Below are positions 1 through 11,804 of a stretch of DNA of 64,000 bases, piece after piece. The notes under the pieces are model-generated. The model saw nothing but the letters and a program-made list of their open reading frames with translations. It made no database searches and was not told the DNA's origin. The position numbers were made by a program, and so were the translations under genes. Within the stretch, counting starts at the first letter, position 1, and every line of letters begins with the position of its first letter. The stretch is from assembly GCA_002890675.1 (NCBI GenBank), contig PEFW01000001.1, positions 39,610 to 103,609 of the forward strand, written 5' to 3'. This DNA is from Candidatus Methylaffinis lahnbergensis. GTDB lineage: Bacteria > Pseudomonadota > Alphaproteobacteria > Rhizobiales > Beijerinckiaceae.

Positions 1-747
1 CGTCCGCGCAGCGCCCGCCCCTTTACGGTGGACGACGTGCAACGGCTCGACAAGCTGCGTCCATGGCTCGCGCACGCATTCCGGCGGTCTCCGTCCGGCG
101 ATCCGCGCAAAGAGGATGGGACTCCAATAGCCACAGCAGGAGCAACCGTACTGAGCGGTCAGGTGATCTTGACGTCTGACGGGATGATCGTCTACCAGAC
201 CACCGGTGTCGATCTTCTACTCAGAATTCTCACGGGAGAGCCGAGCGATTATACGCGCCACGTGCCAGTCCGCGATAAGCTGCCCGCACCTATACTGAAG
301 CTTCTCGGGCAGATCACCGGCGCCGCGAACGGCACCTCCAACACGCCGCCGCGCATGCGGATTTCGTCTGCTTATGGCGTTCCGACGCTCGAAGCGAAAT
401 GGCTCGTGCCAGCGGGCACACTTGCCGAGGACGCCGCGAGGGATCCGAAAGCCTGTCTCATTTCAGTGACAATCGAACGCCACGAACACGCCATCGCCCA
501 TGCGGCGCGCGTGCTGCGGGAAAGCGGCGCGACGCCGGCCCAGGTGAAAGTCGGCATTCAACTTGCTTTGGGCAAGACCAAGCCAGTGATCGCGGTCGAA
601 CTCGGAATCCATCTCTCTTCGATCGTGGATGTGACCAAAAAGCTTTATCAGAATCTCGATGTTCACAATTCCGCCGAGCTAGCCACAAAAATCTGGCTGA
701 ACCAAAAACAAGACGAGGTGCGCCAAAGTTTGCGGCGCGCGGAGTAA
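1..747 (+). CDS. LuxR-family HTH transcriptional regulator, 5' end outside window
   Basis: Frame is open from base 1 (RPRSARPFTVDD...). The C-terminus TPAQVKVGIQLALGKTKPVIAVELGIHLSSIVDVTKKLYQNLDVHNSAEL fits the LuxR HTH pattern. Confidence 0.7.
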   Translation, partial: RPRSARPFTVDDVQRLDKLRPWLAHAFRRSPSGDPRKEDGTPIATAGATVLSGQVILTSDGMIVYQTTGVDLLLRILTGEPSDYTRHVPVRDKLPAPILKLLGQITGAANGTSNTPPRMRISSAYGVPTLEAKWLVPAGTLAEDAARDPKACLISVTIERHEHAIAHAARVLRESGATPAQVKVGIQLALGKTKPVIAVELGIHLSSIVDVTKKLYQNLDVHNSAELATKIWLNQKQDEVRQSLRRAE

Positions 748-848
748 ACCGCGCGCTTCTTGCGCCTCTTGTCCGGCGCTCGGTAGAGCCACAATGGTTT
801 AAGTTATCAAAAAAAGCGCCATCGGCGCTTGCGACAAAAATGTGCGGG

Positions 849-1042
849 ATGGCGCCGAAAGCATCAGTTGATCCATCCTTAAACGCTTCAGGGCGGCGTT
901 GGATAAAATTTATGGCAGCCGCCTCGATCGCGTGGTGCTGTTTGGCTCGCACGCGCGCGGCGAGGCACGCCCGGATTCCGATTACGACGGAAAAAGTCTT
1001 CAGGCTGCCCCGCTGTCGGGCGCCGCGAGCAAAGCTGCCTGA
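849..1042 (+). pseudogene. Minimal nucleotidyltransferase (MNT, pol-beta superfamily) fragment, frameshifted and truncated
   Basis: ATG849 gives MAPKASVDP. A 1-nt shift at about 875 gives ILKRFRAALDKIYGSRLDRVVLFGSHARGEARPDSDYD (GS...DxD motif). Similarity stops at about 990, next to the prfA stop. Confidence 0.75.
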
Positions 1043-2091
1043 TGCTGAGTGACGAGGGCGTCGATCACTTCGTCCAGCGCTTCGCCGGTCATGACCTTGT
1101 CAAGCTTGTAGAGAGTCAAATGGATCCGGTGGTCGGTGAGCCGTCCTTGCGGAAAATTATAGGTGCGGATGCGTTCGGAGCGATCGCCGGACCCGACCTG
1201 GGCACGCCGGTCCGCGGCGCGCTCGGCGTCGCGTTTTTGGCGTTGCGTGTCGTAGATCCGGGAACGCAAGAGCATCATGGCGCGGGCGCGGTTCTTGTGC
1301 TGCGAACGCTCGTCCTGCACGAAGACGATGGTGCCCGTCGGCAAATGGGTGATGCGGACCGCGGATTCGGTCTTGTTGACATGCTGGCCGCCGGCGCCTT
1401 GCGCGCGCATTGTATCGATCCTCAGGTCCGCTTCGTTGATATCGACATCGACATCCTCGGCTTCGGGCAAGACCGCGACGGTTGCCGCCGAGGTATGCAC
1501 GCGCCCCTGGGTCTCGGTTTCCGGCACGCGTTGCACCCGATGCACGCCGGATTCGAATTTCAAACGCGCGAAGACGCCGCGTCCCGCGATCTCGGCCACG
1601 ATTTCCTTGTAGCCTCCCGACGTTCCTTCGCTCGCCGACAAAATCTCGACGCGCCAGCCTTTCAATTCGGCGTAGCGATGATACATGCGAAAAAGGCCGC
1701 CGGCGAAAAGTGCCGCCTCGTCGCCGCCGGTCCCAGCGCGAATTTCGAGAATGGCGTTTTTTTCATCCGCGACGTCCTTTGGCAGAAGCGCGATCTTCAG
1801 CTCCTGTTGGAGATCGAAAAGCCTTGCGCGGACCGCCCTGAATTCTTCCTCGGCAAGGCCGCGCAGCTCGGCGCCGGTCGCGGGATCGGCCAGCAAGGCT
1901 TCGAGTCCGGCGGCTTCCTCGGCTTGGCCGCGAAAATCCTGAATGGCCTTAGCGACATTCTCGATGCCGGCGAGCTCGCGCGACAAGGCCACGAATGCCG
2001 CGGGCTCGAGCGCCCCGGCGAGGCGCTCCTGGATTTCCGCATGACGGCGCAAGATGAGATCGAGCTGGTCTTGCGACAATATATTCAACAC
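1000..2091 (-). CDS. prfA: Peptide chain release factor 1
   Basis: [15 protein letters not shown] (GGQ motif), [16 protein letters not shown] (PxT region), [13 protein letters not shown]; 363 aa. Confidence 0.97.
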   Translation of the reverse strand: MLNILSQDQLDLILRRHAEIQERLAGALEPAAFVALSRELAGIENVAKAIQDFRGQAEEAAGLEALLADPATGAELRGLAEEEFRAVRARLFDLQQELKIALLPKDVADEKNAILEIRAGTGGDEAALFAGGLFRMYHRYAELKGWRVEILSASEGTSGGYKEIVAEIAGRGVFARLKFESGVHRVQRVPETETQGRVHTSAATVAVLPEAEDVDVDINEADLRIDTMRAQGAGGQHVNKTESAVRITHLPTGTIVFVQDERSQHKNRARAMMLLRSRIYDTQRQKRDAERAADRRAQVGSGDRSERIRTYNFPQGRLTDHRIHLTLYKLDKVMTGEALDEVIDALVTQHQAALLAAPDSGAA

Positions 2092-2311
2092 GACGGTCTC
2101 TCGGGTCTGGCGCCAAAAATGCGGCGAAAAGCAAAACGGAGGATGCCGGCCAGAGGCTCATTTGCCGTAAAGATCATGCGAAGACCAAGACGTCAAAGCA
2201 TGACCGGAAAGCCAAGGGTCCGGATCTTGTTCCGTGGTCCACATTTATGGGGCAACCAGTGACGCGGCCCGGCAGCTTCCAAGCCGGCAGGAAAGCGCGC
2301 GAAGCGCGGCA

Positions 2312-2346
2312 TTGGTAAATATTTGGTTTGGTAAATATTTGGTAAA
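2312..2346. repeat. Perfect 16-bp tandem duplication TTGGTAAATATTTGGT x2, three TGGTAAA units in total
   Basis: 2312-2327 and 2328-2343 are identical. The repeat lies in the divergent intergenic region between prfA and the DUF4011 gene. Confidence 0.8.
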
Positions 2347-2502
2347 GAATCTCGCGAAGAACTTAGCAATAAAGGTTATCACGTGATCATTGCGCATTGA
2401 GCGTTGTCAACTGACGCAATACGACATACGTCTTCCGTGCTCACAAATCAGACATTTGCGGGGGCGGCTTTACGGCGGCCTCCGGGCAAAAGGAAGACGT
2501 AC

Positions 2503-5500
2503 ATGGGGAAAGTTACTTCGATCCGGACAGCAAGGAGACAGACCGCAAACGGCCGGGCCGGAACCCCTATCGAAAAACTGCTCGCGGGAGCCAGGCTCAA
2601 GTTAATTGAAACCGGGAACCGCAATCGCCTCATTCATACCCCGCGGGGCGCCAAGCGGTCGCGCGCGCTTACCATCACCGGCAATGCATCGGATCAGGTC
2701 TTCGCGAATCTCGTTCGCGAAAACAAACCGCTGCGGGTTCTCGCGGCCGAGGAAATCGCGAACATCCAGGGCAACGCGGCGACACCGGAAACGCCGCGTA
2801 TGGTCACCCCGGGGACAAGCGGCCGGAGCGGTTTGCGGACATCACTCCCACCCGAGCTTTTGCATAAGCGGCTGCATGTGATGCACCGCGACGCGAAGAC
2901 CGCCGAGGAGGAGCGCGGCGTCAATATCCTCTTTCTCGCTTTTGGTTTCCTGCGCTGGTACGAGAACGAAGAATCCGACATGCCGCGCGACGCGCCGCTG
3001 ATTCTGCTCCCGGTCTCCTTAGTTCGCGATGCCAAGCGCGCGAGCTTCGATCTGAAGATCCGCGAGGACGCCATCGCCACCAATCGGGCCTTGCAGGAGC
3101 GGCTGCGTGGCGATTTCGGCATCGCCCTGCCCGATGTTGCGGAAATCGAAGATTGGCGGCCATCGAGCTACTTCGACGCAGTCGCCCATGCGGTTGCCGC
3201 CAAACGGCGATGGTCGATCGACGCCAATGCCATCGAGCTTGGCTTTTACTCCTTCGCGAAGCTAGTGATGATGCGCGATCTTGAACCCGGCAATTGGCCG
3301 AACAATGCGCTGGTCTCGCATCCGCTCTTGCGCGGACTTCTTGGCAAAGGATTCGCGGCCGAGCCTCTGGTCTTGCCCGAGACCGCCCGCCTGGACGAAA
3401 TATTAAGTCCCATTGATCTCATACATGTTGTCGATGCGGACTCCTCGCAGGCGCGGGTGATCGAGACCGTTCGCGCCGGGCACAACCTTGTCGTCCAAGG
3501 TCCGCCTGGAACCGGCAAATCGCAGACGATCACGAATATTATCGCGGCGGCCGTGCATGACGGTCAAACGGTTCTGTTCGTCGCCGAGAAAATGGCCACC
3601 CTCGAAGTTGTTTACGACCGGCTGGACAAGGTGGGCCTCGACGACATCTGCCTCGAACTCCACGACGGTGCTGCAAACAAGCGGCTCGTTGCCGAAAGAC
3701 TGGATCGCACTTTGCAAGCGGCCGCCGGCGCATCCGAGACGGACGACTCGGCAAGGCAATTGACTGCGGCGGGTGACCGCCTGAACCATGCCGCAAAACG
3801 CCTCCACGCCGAGATAGGCAACACCACCATGACTCCGTATCGAGCGCTCTCGATCCAAATCGCGGCAGCGCGGCACGGATTTACGCCCGATGCGCGTCTT
3901 GTCGAGGAGGCGGCGCTTTGGACAGGAAAGGAATTCGCCGAAAAAGCGCGGCTGATCCAACGGCTCGCCGGCCTTACGGAGAGCGTTGGCCCGCTGAACA
4001 GCAACGTGTACGTCGGCGTGCGGCGGCGGAGCACTTTGCAACCAGCGGATTTCGAGCGCCAAATTCCTAAGCTGCAAGCGCTCGCCGCCAAAGTGGCGGC
4101 GCTCAATGCCTACGCAGCCATGGTTACGAATTATTTCGGTCTCGCCCCCGATCCAACCTTGGCCGGCGTCAAGACTCTGATCTCGATCTTCCGCGCCATA
4201 TCGAATTTGCCGCCGGGCGCCGAAAACATTGCCGCCAAGATCGCCACCTCCCCATCGCCGTGCCGCATCGGAGCTGCCGCCGCGCCCGGCGCGCAATGGC
4301 TGGAACAGCAAGCGCCCTACCTCCACACTTTCCATCCGGCGGCCTGGAACGGTTTTGTTGCCGAGCTTCGCGCTCCGCTCACCCGAGGCGCGGCGTTCTG
4401 GCTCGCCCGGGCGGGCAAAGCCAACCGGAAAGCGGCGGGTTCGCTCGCGAGCCTGTTGGCGGTGCCGTTGCCGAAGCAGCCGGCCGAGCGGTTCGCGCTC
4501 CTCGACGCAGTCCTCGCGAGCCAGGCGTTGGCTCGCAAATTTGCCGCCGAGGCCGACGTCCTGGCGAGCCTTCTGGGCGATGTCTGGCAAGAAAAAAGAA
4601 CGGTCATTCGCCTGATCCACGAAGTTGCCAGGATGGCCGGGGAGCTGGCCGCCTTCGATCCGCGTCTCAACGCCGAGCGCGTCATCGGCATGGCCCGCGA
4701 CGTCACCGCCGAGGCACATCGCGATTATCTCGAAACCAGCCTCAACGAGGTGGTCAACGCCTTCGCCGATACAATAAAATTTCTCGACCTCGACCTTGCG
4801 CTGATTTTTCAAACCGATTGCATCGCAACGATCGATCTCAATCGTCTGAGCGCGTGGGCGGCCGGGTGGGCCACGAGCCACGTTCGTTGCGACGAATGGG
4901 CAAGGCTCGTCAAAGCCGATCGAGAGCTGCGCGTGGCCGGACCTGCCTGGATCGCCAGCGCTCTTGGCTCGGGAGAGCTCGATCCCAAGAATGCCGATGT
5001 CGGACTCGAAACCGCTTTTGCCGAAGCCTGCTGGAAAAAGGCGATCGCGGCCGACCCCGAACTCGCCACCTTCGATGGCGACCGACACGGCGAGCTTGTC
5101 GCGCAATTCGTCGAGATCGAGAAATGGTCGCGCGCGGCCGCGGTGTGCAGCGTTCGCGCGAGGCATCAGGCGGCGATCCCGCGCGGCGCCCTAGGCGAAA
5201 TGCGTGTGATACGCGGCGAAATCGGCCGCAAGCGCGCTCACATGCCGTTGCGCAAGCTGATGAAGGCGGCGGGTGGCACGATCCAGAAAATAAAGCCGGT
5301 TTTTCTCATGAGCCCGGTCTCGGTCGCACAATTCCTGCCGCCAGGTTCGGTTGATTTCGATCTCCTCGTGATCGACGAGGCAAGTCAACTGCGCCCGGAG
5401 GACGCCTTGGGTCTTGTCGCGCGCTGCCGCCGGATCGTCGTCGTAGGCGACAACAAACTGCTGCCGCCGGCGAGGTTTTTCGACCGAATGATCGCCAATG

Positions 5501-5790
5501 AGGCCGATTCCGGAAACGGCAAGGAGACCACGACCCAGCATAAGGAGAGTGCCGTCCCAATTACCGATCTCGACAGCATTCTTTCCTTGTGCGAGTCGCG
5601 TGGCCTCGAAAGCCGGACGCTAAGTTGGCACTACCCGGTCGTGGCATCCGTCCCGACAGAAGTCTCCAACATCGAATTTTAAAATAGTCGTCTGATTATG
5701 CCGCCCGCGCCGGAGACCCGCGCGGAAACAGCGCTTCTTCTTCGCCGCGTTCCGGTCACCCATGACCGGGTCGGCAAGCGGACCATTTAA
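2503..5790 (+). pseudogene. DUF4011-domain SF1 (UPF1/DNA2-like) helicase, C-terminally truncated
   Basis: DUF4011-like EEERGVNILFLAFGFLRWYE...APLILLPV, Walker A GPPGTGKSQT, Walker B DEASQ. The ORF stops at 5682 (EF-TAA) and helicase-like sequence continues in frame (NSRLIMPPAP...RRVP...DRVGKRT) to a second stop at 5790. Likely start is ATG2503. Confidence 0.8.
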
Positions 5791-5870
5791 TTCAAGAGGC
5801 CGATTTCTGGTTCGCGCCGGGCATTCGCAGGACAAAATGAGGCGGCTTTTTGTCGCAGTAATGCCGGCAT

Positions 5871-6289
5871 CTACTCACCTAACAAATGGAGCACGATCTC
5901 CCGCCGGTGCGGCGCGCGGCGATGCTCGAACAGATAGATGCCCTGCCAGGTCCCAAGAACCATCCGCCCCGAGGCGACCGGAATGGCAAGCTGCGTTTGC
6001 GATAGCGCGGCCCTAATATGCGCGGGCATGTCGTCCAAACCTTCGGTTTTGTGGACATAGCGCTTGTTGTCTTCGGGCGCGATTTCCTCGAAAAAATTTT
6101 CCAAATCCGTTTGGACGTCGGGATCGGCGTTCTCCTGAATCAGCAGCGAAGCCGAGGTGTGGCGGCAAAAACCGTCAAGAGGCCGGTCGAAACATTTTGC
6201 GCGCGAAGCCAGCGGGATACCTCGGCGCCGATCTCGACCAAACCTTTGCCGCCGGTTTGAATGTGCAGGCTATGCAACGCTTGGCGCAT
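5871..6289 (-). pseudogene. yjbQ: YjbQ/UPF0047 family protein with a -1 frameshift in a T run
   Basis: MRQALHSLHIQTGGKGLVEI...TGLLTV, frameshift, then CRHTSASLLIQENADPDV...DDMPAHIRAAL...LGTWQGIYLFEHR. There are 5 T at 6167-6171 where 6 would keep the frame. Confidence 0.8.
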
Positions 6290-6604
6290 CGAAAAGGCCG
6301 CAGGCTGGAAGCGGTGGCGATGAGGCCGGCCGCGAATTTACCCCAATTTGAATTCGCGTGGGCCGCCACTTTTATGTTCTATTTCGTCCCGCGCGAAGTC
6401 CGCTGCCGCGCCAAGCTTTGCGGCAAAAATGCCGCACCGCCACAAGACGCGCGAAAAAATCGCGTTGAGGCCGCTACCTTTCCTTCACTTTCCCGCGTTT
6501 GCGCGTAACATGGCGTGACCTTGGGACCGGGCCACATCGCCGTTTGCGGCGCGGCAAAGCCGGGTGCCGCGCCGGTGTGGCAACCAGGCGGGAGGAGTGC
6601 GACG

Positions 6605-7078
6605 ATGATCGGCAGAAGCGGTTTTGACGGGACTGGTTTTCCGCCGCAGCTTTTTGTCCCGGCCGATCTTCCGGCGGGAGCGCTCGCGGGGGTTCGCACG
6701 CGGCGGATCGTGGCACTTTTTTTCGATCTGATTTTCGTCTTCATACTTTCCGTTTCGCTGTGGCTCGCGCTCGCCGTTTTGACCTTCGGGCTTTCGCTCT
6801 TGATCCTGCCGCCGCTGTTTCCAATCGTAGCGTTTTTTTACAATGGACTGACGATTTCGGGCTATCGGATGGCGACGCCGGGCATGCGGGCGATGGACCT
6901 CGAAGTGCGTCTAACCGACGGCACGAGGGTGCCATTCCTCAATGCCGCGGTGCAGGCGGTGCTTTTTTATGTGAGCACGATGTTCCCGCCGGTATTGCTC
7001 GTCTCGCTCGTGAGCGCGAACAAAAGGTGTCTGCACGATATGCTTGCCGGCGTCATCGTCACCCGGCGGTTTATGTGA
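6605..7078 (+). CDS. RDD family membrane protein
   Basis: GVRTRRIVALFFD, TPGMRAMDLEVR and RCLHDMLAG motifs, hydrophobic segments, GGAGG before ATG6605. Confidence 0.85.
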   Translation: MIGRSGFDGTGFPPQLFVPADLPAGALAGVRTRRIVALFFDLIFVFILSVSLWLALAVLTFGLSLLILPPLFPIVAFFYNGLTISGYRMATPGMRAMDLEVRLTDGTRVPFLNAAVQAVLFYVSTMFPPVLLVSLVSANKRCLHDMLAGVIVTRRFM

Positions 7079-7146
7079 GGGCTGGAATTTTCAGTCGATG
7101 TTTTCGGAAGGCCAACTTCTGAAAGCCAAAAAGAGGGCCGGCGAGA

Positions 7147-7893
7147 TTGACGCGAGAATTGCGCGACGCACCGCAGTTTTACCTTACCTCGCCTTCGGCG
7201 TGCCCGTATTTGCCGGGCCGGCAGGAGCGCAAGGTCTTCACCCATTTGATCGGCCGCCGCGCCGCGGCGCTGAACGACCAGCTTACGCAATCGGGATTCC
7301 GGCGTTCGCAGACAATTGCTTACCGCCCGGCCTGCGAAAAATGCCGCGCCTGCGTGTCGGTCCGCGTCAAGACCAATGAATTCCGCTGGTCGCGGAATTT
7401 CCGCCGGGTCGTCGAAATCAATCGCGACCTCGCCGGAACCGTGGTGCGGGCCGAGCCCACCTCCGAACAATACGCACTTTTCCGCCGCTATCTCGACGCG
7501 CGGCATGGCGACGGCGGCATGGCCGACATGACGGCCAGCGATTATTCGACGATGATCGAGGACAGCCATGTCGAAACCCGTCTCATCGAATATCGCCTTT
7601 CCCAGGTCAGTGCCGTGGCGGCGTGCGAGCGGCCGCTCGTTGCCGCCTGCCTGACCGATCTCCTCGGCGACGGTCTGTCGATGGTTTATTCCTTCTACGT
7701 TCCGGGCGAACAGAACCGTTCGTTCGGCACCTACATGATCCTCGATCATATCGAACGCGCGCGCCGTCTCGGCCTGCCGCATGTCTATCTCGGCTACTGG
7801 GTCGCGGGCTCCCGGAAAATGGCCTATAAGGCGCGTTTCCTGCCGCAAGAGCGGCTAGGCATGAACGGCTGGGAGCGGGTGGATTGGATTTAG
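7147..7893 (+). CDS. ate: Arginyltransferase-family protein (bacterial Asp/Glu leucyltransferase, Bpt-like)
   Basis: [63 protein letters not shown]. Confidence 0.92.
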   Translation: MTRELRDAPQFYLTSPSACPYLPGRQERKVFTHLIGRRAAALNDQLTQSGFRRSQTIAYRPACEKCRACVSVRVKTNEFRWSRNFRRVVEINRDLAGTVVRAEPTSEQYALFRRYLDARHGDGGMADMTASDYSTMIEDSHVETRLIEYRLSQVSAVAACERPLVAACLTDLLGDGLSMVYSFYVPGEQNRSFGTYMILDHIERARRLGLPHVYLGYWVAGSRKMAYKARFLPQERLGMNGWERVDWI

Positions 7894-7909
7894 CGGGCGG
7901 CGCCTCGCT

Positions 7910-10159
7910 TCATCCAAACCGGTTGTTCTTCGGGAATCCTTTGGGCGGCAGGCGCCCGGCTTCAGCGCGATTGCCCATCCAATCTCGCATATCGCTTGCG
8001 CCGACGCCAAATGTCCGCCCGGCGGAGTCTTTCCAGGTCAAGCCCTGGTCAAGATAAAAAACCTTGGCATCGCTGAGCCCGCCATCCCGGTATTTTTGCA
8101 GCCGGACGCCCTTGCCGCGTGCCATCTCCGGCAATTGCGCGAGTGGAAATATGAGAAGCTTGCGGTTTTCGCCGATCACCGACACATGATCGCCCTCTGC
8201 AGGGACGATGAGCGCGGCCGTTACGGGCTTCTCCACGTTAAACAGCAGTTTGCCTTTGCGCGTACCGCCAACCATCTCATCCTGATTTGCTATGAACCCG
8301 CGGCCATCGCTCGCCGCCACCAGCATCTTCTGACCTCGCGCGTAGGGAAACACGGCGGCGATCGTCTCGCTTTCCTCAATATCGGCCATCAGACGGACGG
8401 GTTCGCCCTGGCCGCGCCCGCCCGGCAATTTCGCTGCGTCGAGTGTGAAAATCCTTCCATCGCTCACGAGAACGAGGATTTTCGACGTGGTCTCGGCGAA
8501 AAACGACACGGCCAATCTGTCGCCGCCTTTGAACTGCACCCCGGCCAAATCCGTGACTTGGCCCTTGAGCGCCCTGATCCAGCCCTTCTCGGAAACCACG
8601 ATCGTCACCGGTTCGCGCTCGATCATCGCTCCGGCGATATCGGCATCGGCGATATCGGGCGGTTGGCCAAAACTCGTGCGGCGGCGGCCGATCTTTGTTT
8701 CGGGACCGTATTTCTTCTTGAGCTCGCGAATTTGCGCGGCGACCAATCTCCATTGCTTGGCTTCATCGCCAAGCAAAGCCTCGATCTCGCGCTTTTCCTT
8801 AGCAAGATCGTCGCTTTCGCGGCGCAGCTGCATTTCTTCAAGCCGGCGCAAGCCGCGTAGCCTTGTGTCGAGAACGTAAGTCGCCTGCACATCGGAAAGG
8901 TCGAAGATTGTCTGCAACTCTTGCTTTGGATCGTCGGCCTCGCGAATGATCCCGATCACCGCGTCGAGGTTCAAAAAGACGACGAGCATTCCAGTGACGA
9001 GTTCGAGCCGGTGCACGATCGCGGCCTGCCGGTGCCGCGCGCGGCGCAGAAGAACCTCGCGACGATGGTCGAGCCATTGCCGCAAGGTTTCCTTGAAGGA
9101 GACCACGCGGGGCACGACGCCATCGGCGAGCAGGTTCATATTCAGCGGAATCCGGCTCTCCAGCTCGGTCAATCTAAAGAGCTGTTCCATCATCATTGCA
9201 GGATCGACCGCGCGGGCGCGTGGCTCGATGACGACCCTTATATCCTCGGCGGATTCGTCGCGGACATCAGCGACCGCCGGCAGCTTCTTGTCGGCCAACA
9301 GCTCGGCGATCTTTTCGATGAGCTTCGACTTCTGCACCATGTATGGAATTTCGGTGACGACGGCGGCCCAGGCACCGCGGCTTCCCTCCTCCTTCGACCA
9401 GCGCGCCCGCAGCCGGAACGAGCCGCGCCCGCTCTCGTAAGCCTCGGCGATCGCTTGCCCAGATTCGACAAGGATTCCGCCGGTCGGGAAATCCGGCCCC
9501 GGCGCAAAACCTAGCAATTGCGCGGTCGTGGCATTCTTGTGGGCGATCAGATAAAGCGCCGCGTCGCAGAGTTCGGCGAGATTATGCGGCGGGATGGACG
9601 TTGCCATGCCAACCGCGATGCCTTGTGCGCCGTTGGCAAGCAGGTTCGGCAGCGCGGCGGGCAGGACAATTGGCTCTTTCTGGTCGCCTGAATAATTCTC
9701 GCGGAACTCGACGGCGTCCTCGTCGATGCCATCGAGCAAGAGCCCGGCGACATCGGTCATCCGCGCTTCGGTGTAGCGATAGGCGGCGGCGCCGTCGCCG
9801 TCGATATTGCCGAAATTGCCCTGGCCGTCGACGAGCGGATAGCGCGAGGAAAAATCCTGGGCGAGGCGGACGAGAGCGTCATAGATCGCCTGATCGCCAT
9901 GCGGGTGGAAAGAGCCCATCACGTCGCCGACGATTTTCGCGCATTTCTTGAAAGCGGCGCCCGGATCGAGGCGCAAAATATGCATGCCGTAGAGGATGCG
10001 CCGGTGCACGGGTTTGAGCCCGTCGCGGGCGTCGGGCAGGGCCCGCCCCATGATGGTCGAAAGCGCATACTGGAGGTAACGCTCCTCGAGCGCCTCCTGC
10101 AGATTGACGTCTTCTGCGCTCCCGCTTTGAGGCGGCGGCGGCGAGAGATTTTTTCCCAT
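7910..10159 (-). CDS. parC: DNA topoisomerase IV subunit A
   Basis: [41 protein letters not shown] (catalytic Tyr), C-terminal [11 protein letters not shown]10159 is the likely start. Confidence 0.96.
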   Translation of the reverse strand: MGKNLSPPPPQSGSAEDVNLQEALEERYLQYALSTIMGRALPDARDGLKPVHRRILYGMHILRLDPGAAFKKCAKIVGDVMGSFHPHGDQAIYDALVRLAQDFSSRYPLVDGQGNFGNIDGDGAAAYRYTEARMTDVAGLLLDGIDEDAVEFRENYSGDQKEPIVLPAALPNLLANGAQGIAVGMATSIPPHNLAELCDAALYLIAHKNATTAQLLGFAPGPDFPTGGILVESGQAIAEAYESGRGSFRLRARWSKEEGSRGAWAAVVTEIPYMVQKSKLIEKIAELLADKKLPAVADVRDESAEDIRVVIEPRARAVDPAMMMEQLFRLTELESRIPLNMNLLADGVVPRVVSFKETLRQWLDHRREVLLRRARHRQAAIVHRLELVTGMLVVFLNLDAVIGIIREADDPKQELQTIFDLSDVQATYVLDTRLRGLRRLEEMQLRRESDDLAKEKREIEALLGDEAKQWRLVAAQIRELKKKYGPETKIGRRRTSFGQPPDIADADIAGAMIEREPVTIVVSEKGWIRALKGQVTDLAGVQFKGGDRLAVSFFAETTSKILVLVSDGRIFTLDAAKLPGGRGQGEPVRLMADIEESETIAAVFPYARGQKMLVAASDGRGFIANQDEMVGGTRKGKLLFNVEKPVTAALIVPAEGDHVSVIGENRKLLIFPLAQLPEMARGKGVRLQKYRDGGLSDAKVFYLDQGLTWKDSAGRTFGVGASDMRDWMGNRAEAGRLPPKGFPKNNRFG

Positions 10160-10318
10160 GGGTCGAGGCCTAAACGACGCCCAGAAGCGAATCAAATTCC
10201 GCGTTTGCTCTTTCGAGACTTATGCACGGATTTGCGCGCGCGGACTCGGGTGCTTTTCGAGCGGCTGTAGCAGGACAGGCGTGGTTGCATCGGCGCCGTT
10301 CCAGAAGCGATCGGACAC

Positions 10319-11218
10319 TCAAGAGAGCCCCAGATATTGCAGAATCCAATCCTTCACGACCTCGCCGCCCATTTTCGTTCCCGACGACGCGATTTTACTT
10401 GCGGCAGACTTCAGCCAATCGCCTGTGCGTTGTCCGAGGGACGGGGAAGCGTCATGTTGCGCGACTGCGTCGTGGTCTAAAGCAGCCTTCAATTCCGTGA
10501 TGTCTGGCTCTGCAATGCCGAAGCTCTTGAGGGCGGCTTCCAGCGCAGGGAAGTTGTTCTTTGCGATGATGATGTTGCCGACCTGCTTTACATCGTGGGC
10601 ATGGCCCCCAATGACGACGTTCCCGCCATAGATGTTCATCACGTATTGATCGACTTTCTCATTGGGAAGAGCAGAGAAGTTGTCGCTTACAAGCCCGAGT
10701 TCCTTCTGTATTTGGAGCGCGAAACGTAGTGTCCTATTTCTGACCGTGTCAATGAGAGCGATGAGGTTTGACGGCGCGATTTCCTGCCATGCTCTAAGCA
10801 ATACGTGGCCGTCAATGAACTTGTGTTGATAGAAGGCGGTCAAGTCTGGCGGCCATTCGATTCCAATGATCGGTTCTTTGGTTGTCCCGTGTTGAGGGGG
10901 AACGTAGGCGGCTATGGGTTGTGTCAAAATCGCGGTTTCGGCGAAATGCCTATGCTCCTTCTGTAGAAGTGAAGGGGGAAGCGGCTGATCATTTATTTGT
11001 CTCACCATACCGACGAAAAACCCCTTCGCTATTACCGGAACCTTTCGGTAGTCAGGGACGTCGTCGGTATGCGCATAACCGTTTAATTCACTTCCGACCC
11101 AAGCTTTGAGTTTGGCGTTGTCCAGGCTGTAGGCCAGGACGAGACACCTTCGCAGGAGTGTCGCAATCGGGCTATTGTCATCCACAGCAAGTTGAATGAT
11201 TTCGTCAATGAGTGGCAC
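10319..11218 (-). CDS. AbiTii-domain protein (candidate phage defence)
   Basis: N-terminus IATLLRRCLVLAYSLDNAKLKAWVGSELNGY...VPDYRKV matches the AbiTii pattern as I recall it. The DNA is more AT-rich than parC. Confidence 0.72.
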   Translation of the reverse strand: MPLIDEIIQLAVDDNSPIATLLRRCLVLAYSLDNAKLKAWVGSELNGYAHTDDVPDYRKVPVIAKGFFVGMVRQINDQPLPPSLLQKEHRHFAETAILTQPIAAYVPPQHGTTKEPIIGIEWPPDLTAFYQHKFIDGHVLLRAWQEIAPSNLIALIDTVRNRTLRFALQIQKELGLVSDNFSALPNEKVDQYVMNIYGGNVVIGGHAHDVKQVGNIIIAKNNFPALEAALKSFGIAEPDITELKAALDHDAVAQHDASPSLGQRTGDWLKSAASKIASSGTKMGGEVVKDWILQYLGLS

Positions 11219-11375
11219 AGTACATACCCGTGCATCAGATTTGTGTTTGTCGGGACGGTCTAGAAATCGTGCGAGGGAAGACGTTGTGAGCGCGCGCTAC
11301 TCCGCGCTAGCTTTTTTGCCGCGCGGGACCGTGGATAAGGCCGGGCGCACATTGCGACCGGCCCTATCTCCGCGT

Positions 11376-11564
11376 CTACTCATCGCCTTTGTGGTGGGCA
11401 GGCTTAACTAACGTCCAGTTTCGACCAGCTACGTCCGTGGGAGGCAGCGGCTTGCCGCGCGTCGAATCCGCCTGCTCGTTCGTCCGGCCACCGCGTGGCC
11501 CGACCTGCTCATAAATGCCAGAGCGCGGCGCACGAGTACCGGGCGGTAAGGTAGTTCTTGACAT
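11376..11564 (-). CDS. YjzC-like small protein
   Basis: PGTRAPRSGIYEQVGPRGG...STRGKPLPPT matches the YjzC-family pattern; 62 aa. Confidence 0.75.
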   Translation of the reverse strand: MSRTTLPPGTRAPRSGIYEQVGPRGGRTNEQADSTRGKPLPPTDVAGRNWTLVKPAHHKGDE

Positions 11565-11804
11565 AACAATTCTTCCTTTTGCTATCGCATGAACCCGAGA
11601 ACTACGAACAGTGCATCGACCTTACAGCCACGCCGCTCCGAGCGTATTGCATTCTCGTTCTTGCCAAAAATAAGAGATGCTCGGACGAGAGTCCCGCGGT
11701 TTTCCTAGATATTGCGCCATCTGGACCAATTCCGCGCTATATCTTGCGGTTTTCGTCGCCCTCGTGGTCGGCGACCGCGGACCTTACAGAAAACGGCGAG
11801 TTGA

